From Mobula hypostoma (Eukaryota), in assembly GCF_963921235.1 (NCBI RefSeq), contig NC_086108.1, forward strand, positions 21,700,001 through 21,764,000: 64,000 bases of DNA, written 5' to 3'. The notes under the pieces were generated by a model. It was given only the letters and a program-made list of their open reading frames with translations. It was not told the origin of the DNA and searched no databases. A program made the translations under genes and the position numbers. Of this stretch, positions 38,179-49,078 are shown piece after piece; within the stretch, counting starts at the first letter, position 1; each line of letters begins with the position of its first letter.

Positions 38179-41100
38179 ACTGGTCAAGTTTTGTTCCTTC
38201 TATTTTTATGTTTTAATTCTTTTCAGAAAAAAGTATTTTAATCACTAATTATTTTTATTCAAAATAATCAAGAGAATTTAAAAGTCTCTGAACATTCGAG
38301 TTTGAAAAATTGTTGCACAGCCTTGTTAAGTGGCAAGGAATATGGAAGGACCTTCAGATGCTGAGATGTCAACAGTACAGGACGTGAAAAAAACAGCAAA
38401 AGCAGCAGGCAGAACATAGACTAGTACAGGATGGAGATTCCATCATTAGTTGCAAATCCATGGGTCTAACAAGCTCTTAGTGCTGCTGTCCTATCTGCCT
38501 CCACCACTTCCCCTGGCAGCCCAATTTAAGCACCCACCAGTCTCTGCAAAAACAGATCTTGCCGCGCACATTTCCTTTAATTTTTTACCCTCACACCTTA
38601 ATTTTATGTCCTCTAGTACTTGATATTTCTATCCTGGGAAAAATATTCTGACCGCCTGCCCTATCTATACCTCCCATAATTATACAGATGTCACTCTCCC
38701 TATTGTTAATTTCCTATCCTTCTCCCAGTTTCCTTTGATTGTGCCACGGTTCCGACCACTAATTTCCCATTTGCTTCTAATTCTCTTTGATGAAGACACA
38801 CCTGGTTTCCATCAAGACCTGCAGCATAAGAACCCCGGCGTTACAACCACAAGTCGCCAGATCATTAGTTTTGCCTGTGCGGTAATTAGCGTTTCCCAGC
38901 CGCTTAAGACCATGTGATCTAAGTTTTGCTCCAGTTTCAAGGTTTACCTATGAACTCTGTCTCCGTGTCAAGATCCCTCCTGTTTGCTGTTCAACGTTCA
39001 CGTCCGCGTAAGCATCCTAACTCAATTTCCGTGCCTGTGTCCTGCACTTGGGTTTGCTTCATTCGCTCATTGGAACAGAACGATCTGGCCACAATGGACC
39101 CAGCAGACACGAATACCCTGCAACAAGCCCTCCCCAGCCAGGGCTCCCTGCTGGTTTGCACAATCAACTTCTCCGGGATGTCATGGAGAACCTTCGTTCC
39201 TTGTCTGCTAACGTAACGAAGATCGGTGACCAGGTGGACCATGTATCCACTCATTTTACCCCATCCACTCCTGGAACTCTGTCTAACCAGCCCAGACAGC
39301 CTGTAGTAGCAACCCGCTATGTGTCAGCAACACCCCTGTCAAGAGAGCCGCACGTACCTGAACCAGAACACTACGCTGGGGATTTGGGGAAGTGCCGGGC
39401 CTTCCTTCTGCAATGCTCCTTGGTGTTTGAACAGCAGACATCCACGTACTCCATGGATAAGTCAAAGATAGCTTATATCACGGGGTTGTTGCGGGGAAGT
39501 GCCTTAGCGCGAGCTACAGCTGTTTCGGATAATCAACTGGATATCTGCTCTTCTTTCCCCACCTTTATCGCGGAAATGAGAAAGATCTTTGACCACTCGA
39601 TCCATGGTAAAGATGCCGCTAAGCATCTATTCACTCTCCATCAGGGCTCACGCAGTGTTGCCGATTATTCTGTGGAGTTCCGGACATTAGCAGCCGACTC
39701 GGGGTGGAACGCTGAGGCACTCCAAGGGGTATTTCGGAATGGTCTCAGCAATGTGGTGAAAGACGAGTTGGCAGCAAGAGATGACACCGACAGCCTGGAT
39801 TGCTAGATCTGCCTAGCCACCAGGTTGGACAATCGTCTTCGAGAATGCCATAGGGAAAGAACTGGTCGACTACCACCTTTGATCATGGCACTCTTTACTG
39901 TCTCCCACCTGCACAAGTCTCTCTTCTCCTCCTGCTCCTAGAATAGCTCCCAGCCCGGCCGTTTCCACCACCCCAGGACAGGAACCCATGCAGCTAGGAC
40001 AGAACTGTCTTTCTCCCACAGAGCGACTCCGGAGATTGAGAGTGGGGGAGTGTCTCTATTGCAGCCAGTCCGGCCACTTCCGTGCCACCTGCCCCCTTCA
40101 GCCAAAAGGGAAGGCTCATCAGTAGAAAGGGGGACCCTGGTGAGCCAGACAACATTCCCTTCTGTCCCCCGAACCTGGATGCAAATCCAAGCTACTTTAC
40201 GTTACAACCAACAGTCCCTGCCTCTGTCAGCTCTAGTGGCTCCGGCGCTGAGGGAAACCTTTTGGATGGAAACATAGCTTCCCGGGCCGGAATTCCTCAG
40301 GAGTCATTGAGTACCCCTCTGGAAGCCTGGGCACTGGACGGTAGACTCCTGGCCCGAGTCACACACTGCACACCAGCCCTATTTCTTATTCTCTCCCAGA
40401 ACCATGGGGAACAGGTACAATTTAACCTAATTTCCTCTCCTCAAGCTCCTCTAGTTTTTGGGTATCCCTGGTAAACTGCCATAATCCCCACATTGACTGG
40501 TCCACCGGGAAGATAGTCAGCTGGAGTCTGTTCTGTCACTCCACTTGTCCACAATTGGCCCTTTTCCCTATGAAAGTCATCGCGACCTCATCTGCCGCTG
40601 AAACTGCTGACTTATCCAAGGTTCCAGCAGAGTATCATGATCTGGGAGAAGTGTTTAGCGAACAACGGGCTCTTTCCCTGCCTCCACACTGCCCTTACGA
40701 TTGCGCAATTGACCTTCTCCCTCGAGCCCTCTACCCACCAGTCGGCTGTATAACCTGTCCCAGCTAGAAAGTGAAGCAATGGAGGCCTACCTTAATGACT
40801 GTCTCGCGGCAGGCATGATCCAACCCTCAGCTTCCCCTGTTGGTGCAGGTTTCTTCTTTGTGGGGAAGAAAGACGGCTCACTGCATCCTTGCATTGACTA
40901 CCGGGGCCTGAATAGCATAACCATAAAGAATAAGTATCCGCTGCCCCTTATCAACTCTGCTTTCGAACCCCTTCACGGAGCCGCCATCTTCTCTAAGTTG
41001 GATCTACCAAGTGCCTACCACCTGGTCAGGATAAGGGAGGGAGATGAGTGGAAAACAGCTTTTAACACCCCTCTTCGGCACATCGAATACCTGGTCATGC

Positions 41101-42916
41101 CATTCGGTCTCACCAATGCCCCCGCCGTCTTCCAAGCCTTGATAAACGATGTCCTTAGGGACCTTATTAACTGTTTCATTTTTGTTTATTTGGACGACAT
41201 CTTAATCTTCTCCCGCAGTCTTAGGAACACACCCACTATGTCCGTCAGGTTCTGCAGAGGTTTTGGGAGAACAAACTATTTGTGAAGGCTGAGAAGTGCA
41301 AGTTTCATGTCCCTTCTGTCAGTTTCTTAGGGTACATCATCAAGAGCGGGCAAGTGAAGGCAGATCCTGAAAAGATCTAGGTGGTGGTGGGGTGGCCAAA
41401 ACCCACGACACTCAAGCAACTCCAGCCACTTCAGGGGTTCGCAAACTTTTATTGTCACTTCATCAAGGATTACAGCCGGGTGGCAGCGCCCCTTACTCGA
41501 CTCACATCTCCTACGACCCCTTTTCACTGGGACCCCGAAGCAGACTCAGCCTTCTCTGAGCTGAAGAGGGGTTTCACCTCTGCTCCCATCCTGGTCCAAC
41601 CTGACCCCTCTTATCAATTCATTGTGGAAGTTGACGCCTCCAACTCTGGGTGGGAGCGGTCCTTTCCCAACGCTCTGACCCAGACCAAAAGCCCTGTCCC
41701 TGGGTCTTCTTTTCTCGCCGGCTATCCCCACCGAACAGAACTACGACATAGGGAACAGGGAGTTACTAGCCGTCAAACTCACTTTGGAGGAGTGGAGGCA
41801 CTGGCTGGAGGGAGCAGAACATCCATTAATCATCTGGACAGATCACAAGAATCTCACATGCATCCAAACCGCCAAACACCTGAATTCCTGGTGTTACGTA
41901 CCCCGTAACTGGGTTGCCAAACCAGCAGAAATGGATCACTCAGTTGGAGTCTGGAGTACTAGAACTAAGAAAGTTTTATTAAAGAAACAAGCAACACAGT
42001 AATCGAAAGGATAATAAATGCAACAATTCAACAATGATAACCACACATGTGCACAGAATTAAGATAACAGCATCAATCAAGCTCTATCGTTGTCTAGGGG
42101 TAAATGACCAATTTCAAAATGACTCAAAGTTCAGTCCAGTTTGTAGTTCAGTTCGCAGTAATCGTTGCCATGGCGATGGACAAGGTGGGGGAAGAGAGAC
42201 AGAGAGAACAACTCATCATTCAGCACAGCTTCACTCACAGACCAGCGAGATTGCTCACGAGCAACTTTTGGGTGGGTCCTTGGTGATGTCACCTGAGGTC
42301 ACCGACTGTGACCCCTCCTCCAGATGCGGTCGATCCTCTGCAGTGAACCCGGCACCCAGGCAAGGGCGGACACACACCGGGTTCCCGCTGATCGTACCTT
42401 TCCACCCCGTGCGTTGTCCGGTACTTCTCACCACTCGTGAGAGGCGCACCGCTTCCAGGGTCTCGTTACCTCGGGTGGCGTGTGTGTCGCCTTAGCGAAC
42501 CTGTCCCTTTTTATCCCCCTGCTGGGGTATCGCCTGTCCATCACTTCAAACAGTTCAGGGTTCAAAGGGGGGAGCCGCTCCAGACAGCTCTCCCTCCCAC
42601 ATCCCTTCATTACACATCTCCAGACGCTGCTCCATTGTTCCTTATCTCTCCTTCCCCTGAGGGCAGGTGGCAGACCAACTGCTGATGCCACTGATGCTAG
42701 CCCAGGCCAGCAAACATCTTAATTTTATGTGTATTCTCGTAACACTTCCCCCCTTTAAGGATTTTTACCGGGAGGTAAAAATTACAAACATGACTACATT
42801 ATCTGATACATACACAATATACATCTTTAACAGTTATTTAGCTAATACAGAGAATTTGAAGCTGTCAACACCTTGACAGACAGTCATCACATTTTCTGTT
42901 CCTTTTCCACGTGTTA

Positions 42917-44437
42917 CTAATAATCCCTTAGACCAGGCTCCAACTCAGCAAACTTCATAGTGGCCAAAAACACTGATGAATTGCGACCAATGTAACCTCT
43001 CATCTGGTTTTGTCCCGGACCACAACAACAAGGGTTGTCCCATTCCGACTCAATTTTCTCTCGCAAGGGCTTAGTAGGAGGGGGACGGGTATTGACCACA
43101 GAGTTATTGCAAAACTTCCTGCAGTACCCCACCATCTCCAAAAGCCTTCTGAGGGCCCTCTTGTCTGTCGGGGTTGGGAGGTCAGCGATAGCCTGCACTG
43201 TAGCTTGCATCACTGCCAGCTGCCCCTGTGTCACCACAATTCCCAGGTAAGTGACCCTTGTGTGGCCGAATTCATTTTTTTCAAGGTTCACTATCAAGCT
43301 GGCTTCAGACAGCCGTATTAAATTGCCAATACACACCTCTGTGGTCATCAGCCCTTTAGTCACTGAATTACTCGAAAAATATGGGTGTTGTTTACTTGGC
43401 CGCCCTATTGTAACCACAATCACCCAACGTCCCAGTTCTTTGCATTTCCTCGGGACAATCAAACACATAGGTGCGAGTCGTTTAATTACTCCTTCGGGGA
43501 TTAAGGGAGAGACCTTATCAGTAGACCTGGCCAAAACAATAGCCTTCTCCCATCTGACCGATCCCATCCTAATCTTTTCAAAATGGTTTTTTCCTCTTAG
43601 CAGGGGGCCCCTAGCTTCATTGATTTCCACGCTAACACCGACTAGGTTTGTTAGCATATCAAAAGCCGGTGACCGTCTCAGTTCGCGTCGGTCATGATCA
43701 ATAACATTCTTCCCCCTGGGCAGCCGGTAAATCTCTTTCATGATTCCACCAACTGTTTCCTCCAGCACCGCAAAATGTCCACCGGGGGGTACCTCGTGGG
43801 CCATGTTAAAAACCTCATCCCCATAACTCTTTTGCACCACCCCCCATTCCTCATCTGCGGGTACTGTACTTGATTTCCCTTTCTTCCTTAGCACTTCCTC
43901 CTCCGCACAATAGCTTGTCAAGGCTGTGTCAGAGAGAGCGGTCTCGGCAAAAACCATCAGCCCCTCGTCTCGCTCCTGCGTCTGCACAAATTCTTTCCTG
44001 GCTACTGCTACGTCCGTCCCAGCTCCCTCACTACCTCTTATCTCACTACACCCTGTCTCATACAAGGTTGGCAGAAATGTTTCAGCCAAATTCACCATCG
44101 CGGGCGGGGCCTCCATGCTGGCAGGCTGACCCGTCAATCTCACGACTGGGAACACGATTCCTCCGGCGATGTCATTACCGAGCAAGACTTCCACGTCTTT
44201 CATCGGTAATTCGGACCTCACCCCGATCGTGACTAGTCCAGAGACCAGGTTGCTCTGTAAATGTATCTGGTGCAAAGGGACTGACTCTATCCCTTCCCCA
44301 ACACCTTTGACCTCTACCTCCCCAGTCTGGGTCTCTGAGCTAAACTCTAATACACTCTTCAGTATTAGTGACTGACACGCTCCCGTGTCTCTCCAGATCC
44401 GCACTGGAACTGGTTCCAACCCCTCCTTCACTGACAC
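42917..44437 (-). CDS. Pol-derived ORF: intact aspartic protease followed by collapsed integrase/RT remnants, 506 aa
   Basis: RDTGACQSLI...LLGND protease; AHEVPPGGHF (IN N-terminus); PSKQHPY; LIVNLEKNEFG...VTYLG; RALRRLLEMVGYCRKF. No YxDD and no DDE core. Confidence 0.8.
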   Translation of the reverse strand: MSVKEGLEPVPVRIWRDTGACQSLILKSVLEFSSETQTGEVEVKGVGEGIESVPLHQIHLQSNLVSGLVTIGVRSELPMKDVEVLLGNDIAGGIVFPVVRLTGQPASMEAPPAMVNLAETFLPTLYETGCSEIRGSEGAGTDVAVARKEFVQTQERDEGLMVFAETALSDTALTSYCAEEEVLRKKGKSSTVPADEEWGVVQKSYGDEVFNMAHEVPPGGHFAVLEETVGGIMKEIYRLPRGKNVIDHDRRELRRSPAFDMLTNLVGVSVEINEARGPLLRGKNHFEKIRMGSVRWEKAIVLARSTDKVSPLIPEGVIKRLAPMCLIVPRKCKELGRWVIVVTIGRPSKQHPYFSSNSVTKGLMTTEVCIGNLIRLSEASLIVNLEKNEFGHTRVTYLGIVVTQGQLAVMQATVQAIADLPTPTDKRALRRLLEMVGYCRKFCNNSVVNTRPPPTKPLREKIESEWDNPCCCGPGQNQMRGYIGRNSSVFLATMKFAELEPGLRDY

Positions 44438-44440
44438 CAG

Positions 44441-45763
44441 TCAGGCCGAGATAAACCTCTCGCGCCCTTTCTGGACTTTTTCAGACCTGTCCTTCCCTAG
44501 CGGTTCGCTTAACAGCTCAATACAGCCATTCAAAATTTCCGCTTTTCCTTTCCCCGTCTCCTTCCTTGGGGCAAAGCACCTGGACGCAAAGTGTCCGACT
44601 TTCCCACAATTATAACAGACGACCCCAGGAGACTTCCTACCAGACTGCTCCCGGTCTACCTTATCCTTTTCACTAGTCCCCGGCTTACTTTCTGACTTTT
44701 CCGGTGGACTCTCCCCGCCGTCCTGACTACCCTTCTGGTAGCCTTTACTCGGGGCAACCTTCATTTTATGCGTCAACGCATACTCATCCGCTAACTTAGC
44801 AGTTGCGGCTAACGTGGTTGCCTCTTTCTCATCGAGGTAGGGTCTCATACCCTCAGGGACACAACCTTTAAACTGCTCAATCAGAATCAGCTGCAGCAGT
44901 CTGTCGTAATCCCCCTCTACCCCCTTCGAGGCGCACCAACGCTCACAATATGTTTGCATCTCGCGAGCAAACTCCAAATACGTGCGGTCCCACCGCTTCC
45001 TCGCATTCCGGAACCTCTGCCGGTATGCCTCCGGGACCAACTCATAAATCCTGAGGATGGCCTCCTTCACCACCTCATACTTCTGGGCATCTTCCGCGGA
45101 TAAAGCGGAGTAAGCTTGTTGGGCCTTCCCTTTCAGTACACTCTGAAGTAAAACAACCCACTTATCCCTTGGCCAGTCCTGACTTATGGCCACTTTTTCG
45201 AAATGGAGAAAGTACCGATCCACATCGGTATCGTCAAATGGGGGAACCAGCCTAACCTCCTGGGTCGCCCGGAACCCTCCACCTTGGTTCGGCACGAGCC
45301 CCTGCTCGGCCCTTATCTTTAACTTCTCCAGCTCAAATTCCCTTTCCCTCTGTTTCTCCTCTCTCTCCAACTGTCTGTCCCTCTCTCTCTCTTCTCTCTC
45401 CAACTGTCTTTCTCTCTCTTGCCTTTCTACCTCTTTCTCTCTCTCTCGCCTTTCTAACTCTCTCTCTTTCTCTTCGTGTTCTAACTGCCGTACCCGGAAC
45501 TCGTGCTCGAGTCTCAGTTTTTCAAGCTGTACCTGTACTGCATCTCCAGCAGGTTTTTCAATAGACACCACCCCCAGCTCACCTTGGGGAAACACACCTT
45601 TAGATACATAGTGCTCTACAATAGCTCTGTGTATCTCCTCTCTCCTCATTGTCGACTTCACCTTAGCAAGATTCACCCGTTTGGCCACAGCTATCAATTC
45701 CGATTTCCTGGCATCCTCTAATGCCTCCAAGGTCGGCGCCTTTATAAATTCCTCAACCTCCAT
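44441..45763 (-). CDS. gag: Gag of the Gmr1-like element (E/R coiled coil, SCAN-like capsid, CCHC zinc knuckle), intact 440 aa
   Basis: LVPPFDDTDVDRYFLHFEKVA, LKGKAQQAY, YELVPEAYRQRFR, LILIEQF and CYNCGKVGHFASRC motifs. Confidence 0.9.
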   Translation of the reverse strand: MEVEEFIKAPTLEALEDARKSELIAVAKRVNLAKVKSTMRREEIHRAIVEHYVSKGVFPQGELGVVSIEKPAGDAVQVQLEKLRLEHEFRVRQLEHEEKERELERREREKEVERQERERQLEREERERDRQLEREEKQREREFELEKLKIRAEQGLVPNQGGGFRATQEVRLVPPFDDTDVDRYFLHFEKVAISQDWPRDKWVVLLQSVLKGKAQQAYSALSAEDAQKYEVVKEAILRIYELVPEAYRQRFRNARKRWDRTYLEFAREMQTYCERWCASKGVEGDYDRLLQLILIEQFKGCVPEGMRPYLDEKEATTLAATAKLADEYALTHKMKVAPSKGYQKGSQDGGESPPEKSESKPGTSEKDKVDREQSGRKSPGVVCYNCGKVGHFASRCFAPRKETGKGKAEILNGCIELLSEPLGKDRSEKVQKGRERFISA

Positions 45764-47487
45764 TTCTGCTGTTTGTCTTTTCTTTCTTTCGGGAATTTTA
45801 ACCCAATCAATTTACTCCGTCCCAAATTTAGCGTTCAAAATCCTGGACGAGCCCCCACTTATGTTACGTACCCCGTAACTGGGTTGCCAAACCAGCAGAA
45901 ATGGATCACTCAGTTGGAGTCTGGAGTACTAGAACTAAGAAAGTTTTATTAAAGAAACAAGCAACACAGTAATCGAAAGGATAATAAATGCAACAATTCA
46001 ACAATGATAACCACACATGTGCACAGAATTAAGATAACAGCATCAATCAAGCTCTATCGTTGTCTAGGGGTAAATGACCAATTTCAAAATGACTCAAAGT
46101 TCAGTCCAGTTTGTAGTTCAGTTCGCAGTAATCGTTGCCATGGCGATGGACAAGGTGGGGGAAGAGAGACAGAGAGAACAACTCATCATTCAGCACAGCT
46201 TCACTCACAGACCAGCGAGATTGCTCACGAGCAACTTTTGGGCGGGTCCTTGGTGATGTCACCTGAGGTCACCGACTGTGACCCCTCCTCCAGATGCGGT
46301 CGATCCTCTGCAGTGAACCCGGCACCCAGGCAAGGGCGGACACACACCGGGTTCCCGCTGATCGTACCTTTCCACCCTGTGCGTTGTCTGGTACTTCTCA
46401 CCACTCGTGAGAGGCGCACCGCTTCCAGGGTCTCGTTACCTCCGGTGGCGTGTGTGTCGCCTTAGCGAACCTGTCCCTTTTTATCCCCCTGCTGGGGTAT
46501 CGCCTGTCCATCACTTCAAACAGTTCAGGGTTCAAAGGGGGGAGCCGCTCCAGACAGCTCTCTCTCCCACATCCCTTCATTACACATCTCCAGACGCTGC
46601 TCCATTGTTCCTTATCTCTCCTTCCCCTGAGGGCAGGTGGCAGACCAACTGCTGATGCCACTGATGCTAGCCCAGGCCAGCAAACATCTTAATTTTATGT
46701 GTATTCTCGTAACACTGGCAAGCCCGTTGGGCATTATTTTTTGGCCGTTTTAGATTCACACTCACCTATCATCCGGGTCCAAGAACAAGAAGCCAGATGC
46801 TCTCTCCCATCAATCTCTCTCAAGTCTGAAGATCCTTTTGTCAAGCCCTTGGAGCCTCAGTAAACCTGTCTTCCAGCTTCCATCCGCAGACTAACGGTCA
46901 AACAGAATGAGGAAACCAGGATTTGGAAGCAGCAATGCGCTGCATAACCGCCAACAACCTGTCATCCTGGAGCACCCATCTCGTTTGGGTCAAGTACGCC
47001 CACAACTCCCTGGTCAGCACCGCCACCAGAATGTCTCCCTTTGAATGCATCCTCGGTTACCAACCCCCTCTGTTCTCCGCTCATGAAGATGACATTGCTG
47101 TGCCTTCTGTTCAGGCCCATCTCTGCCGGTGCCGCAAGATCTGGAAGGTTGCACGCGCAGCCCTGCTCCGCTCAGCCGACCGCAACTGGAGGATTGCCGA
47201 TTGCCATCGAATTCCTGCACCAAATTATCGGCCTGGGCAGAAGGTTTGGCTCTCATCAAAAGACATCCCCCTCAAGAATGAACCCAATAAACTTGTGCCT
47301 CACTACCTGGGACCATTTGAGATTGAGAGTGTCATCAACCCCTTAGTGGTCAGACTCAAACTGTCTGGATCCATGCACATTCATCCCACGTTCCACATCT
47401 CCCAATTGAAACCTGTATCTGTCAGCCCTTTGTGCCCTCCTGCCAAATCCCCTCCACCTGCCCGGATCATTGACGACCACCCAGCGT

Positions 47488-48270
47488 AGTCATAGTCATA
47501 GTCATACTTTATTAATCCCGGGGGAAATTGGTTTTCGTTACAGTTGCTCCATAAACAATAAATAGTAATAGAACCATAAATAGTTAAATAGTAATATGTA
47601 AATTATGCCAGTAAATTATGAATTAAGTCCAGGACCAGCCTATTGGCTCAGGATGTCTGACCCTCCAAGGGAGGAGTTGTAAAGTTTGATGGCCACAGGC
47701 AGGAATGACTTCCTATGACGCTCAGTGCTGCATCTCGGTGGAATGAGTCTCTGGCTGAATGTACTCCTGTGCCCAACCAGTACATTATGTAGTGGATGGG
47801 AGACATTGTCCAAGATGGCATGCAACTTTGACAGCATCCTCTTTTCAGACACCACCGCCAGAGTGTCCAGTTCCATCCCCACAACATCACTGGCCTTACG
47901 AATGAGTTTGTTGATTCTGTTGGTGTCTGCCACCCTCAGCCTGCTGCCCCAGCACACAACAGCAAACATGATCGCACTGGCCACCACAGACTCGTAGAAC
48001 ATCCTCAGCATCGTTCGGCAGATGTTAAAGGACCTCAGTCTCCTCAGGAAATAGAGACGGCTCTGACCCTTCTTGTAGACAGCCTCAGTGTTCTTTGACC
48101 AGTCCAGTTTATTGTCAATTGGTATCCCCAGGTATTCGTAATCCTCCACCATGTCCACACTGACCCCCTGGATGGAACCAGGGGTCACCGGTACCTTAGC
48201 TCTCCTCAGGTCTACCACCAGCTCCTTAGTGTTTTTCACATTAAGCTGCAGATAATTCTGCTCACACCAT
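47488..48270 (-). mobile_element. 5'-truncated Rex1/Babar LINE inserted at the start of the chromodomain of the sushi-type element
   Basis: Open 199-aa C-terminus (KTKEL-like, KKGQSRLYFLRRLRSFN, FLPVAIKLYN) and aataaagt(ATGACT)n tail. The host reads DDHPA|YTVQQ across it. Confidence 0.92.
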
Positions 48271-49078
48271 ATACACTGTCCAGCAAATACTGGATGTACG
48301 CCGCTGAGGCAGGGGTCTCCAGTACCTGGTCTATAGGGAGGGATATGGCTCGGAGGAACGCTCCTGGATTCCCCGCTCCTTCATTCTGGATCCTTCCCTC
48401 ATCCGTGGTTTCCATCGAGACAATCCAGACAAGCCTGGTGGTCTGCCTGGAGACTCCTGTTTGGGGGGGGGGTGGTGTTGTAATGGTCCCGATTGTTAAT
48501 TCCGTATCTTTCTCCTAATTTCCTTTGATTGTGCTATGGTTCCAACCACTAATTTCCCATTTGCTTCTAATTCTCTTTGATGATGACACACCTGGTTTCC
48601 ATCAAGACCTGCAGCATAAGAATCCTGGCATTATAACCACTAGTCACCAGATCGTTGGTTTTGCCTGTGTGGTAATTAACATTTCCCGGCTGCTTACGAC
48701 CGTGTGTTCTGCTCCAGTTTCAAGGTTTACCTATGAACTCTGTCTCTCTGTGTCAAGATCCCTCCCGTTTGCTGTTCAACATTCACGTCTGCGTAAGCAT
48801 CCTAACTCATCTCCGTGCCTGTGCCCTGCACTTGGGTTTGCTTCATTCGCTCATTGCAACAACGGACTTGCACCAGATCACCCCTCAGCCTCTCATGCTC
48901 CATAGAAACCAACCCTAGTTTGTCCAACTTTTCTTTCTGGCTCATACCCTTTAATCCAGGCATTATCCTGGCAGAGCTATTCATATTTTTGTAAATGTGC
49001 AAACAAAATTGGACATAATATGCCAAGTGCAGCCTAGCTGAAGTTTTATAATACAGCAACTTCCTTAGTCCTCTACTC

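Larger units (their letters stand above)
41892..46714 (-). mobile_element. Young Gmr1-like Gypsy element, non-autonomous
   Basis: Two 853-bp LTRs (41892-42744, 45862-46714) with tgttacg...cgtaaca ends, 4-bp TSD ctgg, tRNA-Pro PBS tgggggctcgtcc (45845-45857, minus), and PPT aaaggggggaag (42745-42756, minus). Confidence 0.95.
38689..48861 (+). mobile_element. Sushi/Tf1-group chromoviral Gypsy retrotransposon, decayed, carrying two nested insertions
   Basis: LTRs 38689-39077 and 48479-48861 (TG...CA); flanks acaga/acgga; PPT at 48463-48476. Gag PEHYAGD...[15 protein letters not shown]...YLDD, RNase H DAS/TDHKNL, integrase remnant HPQTNGQTE, chromodomain YTVQQILD...W. Inserted into an old minus-strand CR1. 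Confidence 0.93.

Noticed and set aside
39048..39806. PEG10/RTL-like host gene
   Set aside because: Sushi-type gag within a full LTR element that has many stops and frameshifts.
42034..46465. Duplicated 153-aa ORFs (42034-42495 and 46004-46465)
   Set aside because: They are antisense ORFs within the two LTRs. The duplication reflects LTR identity and there is no recognisable motif.
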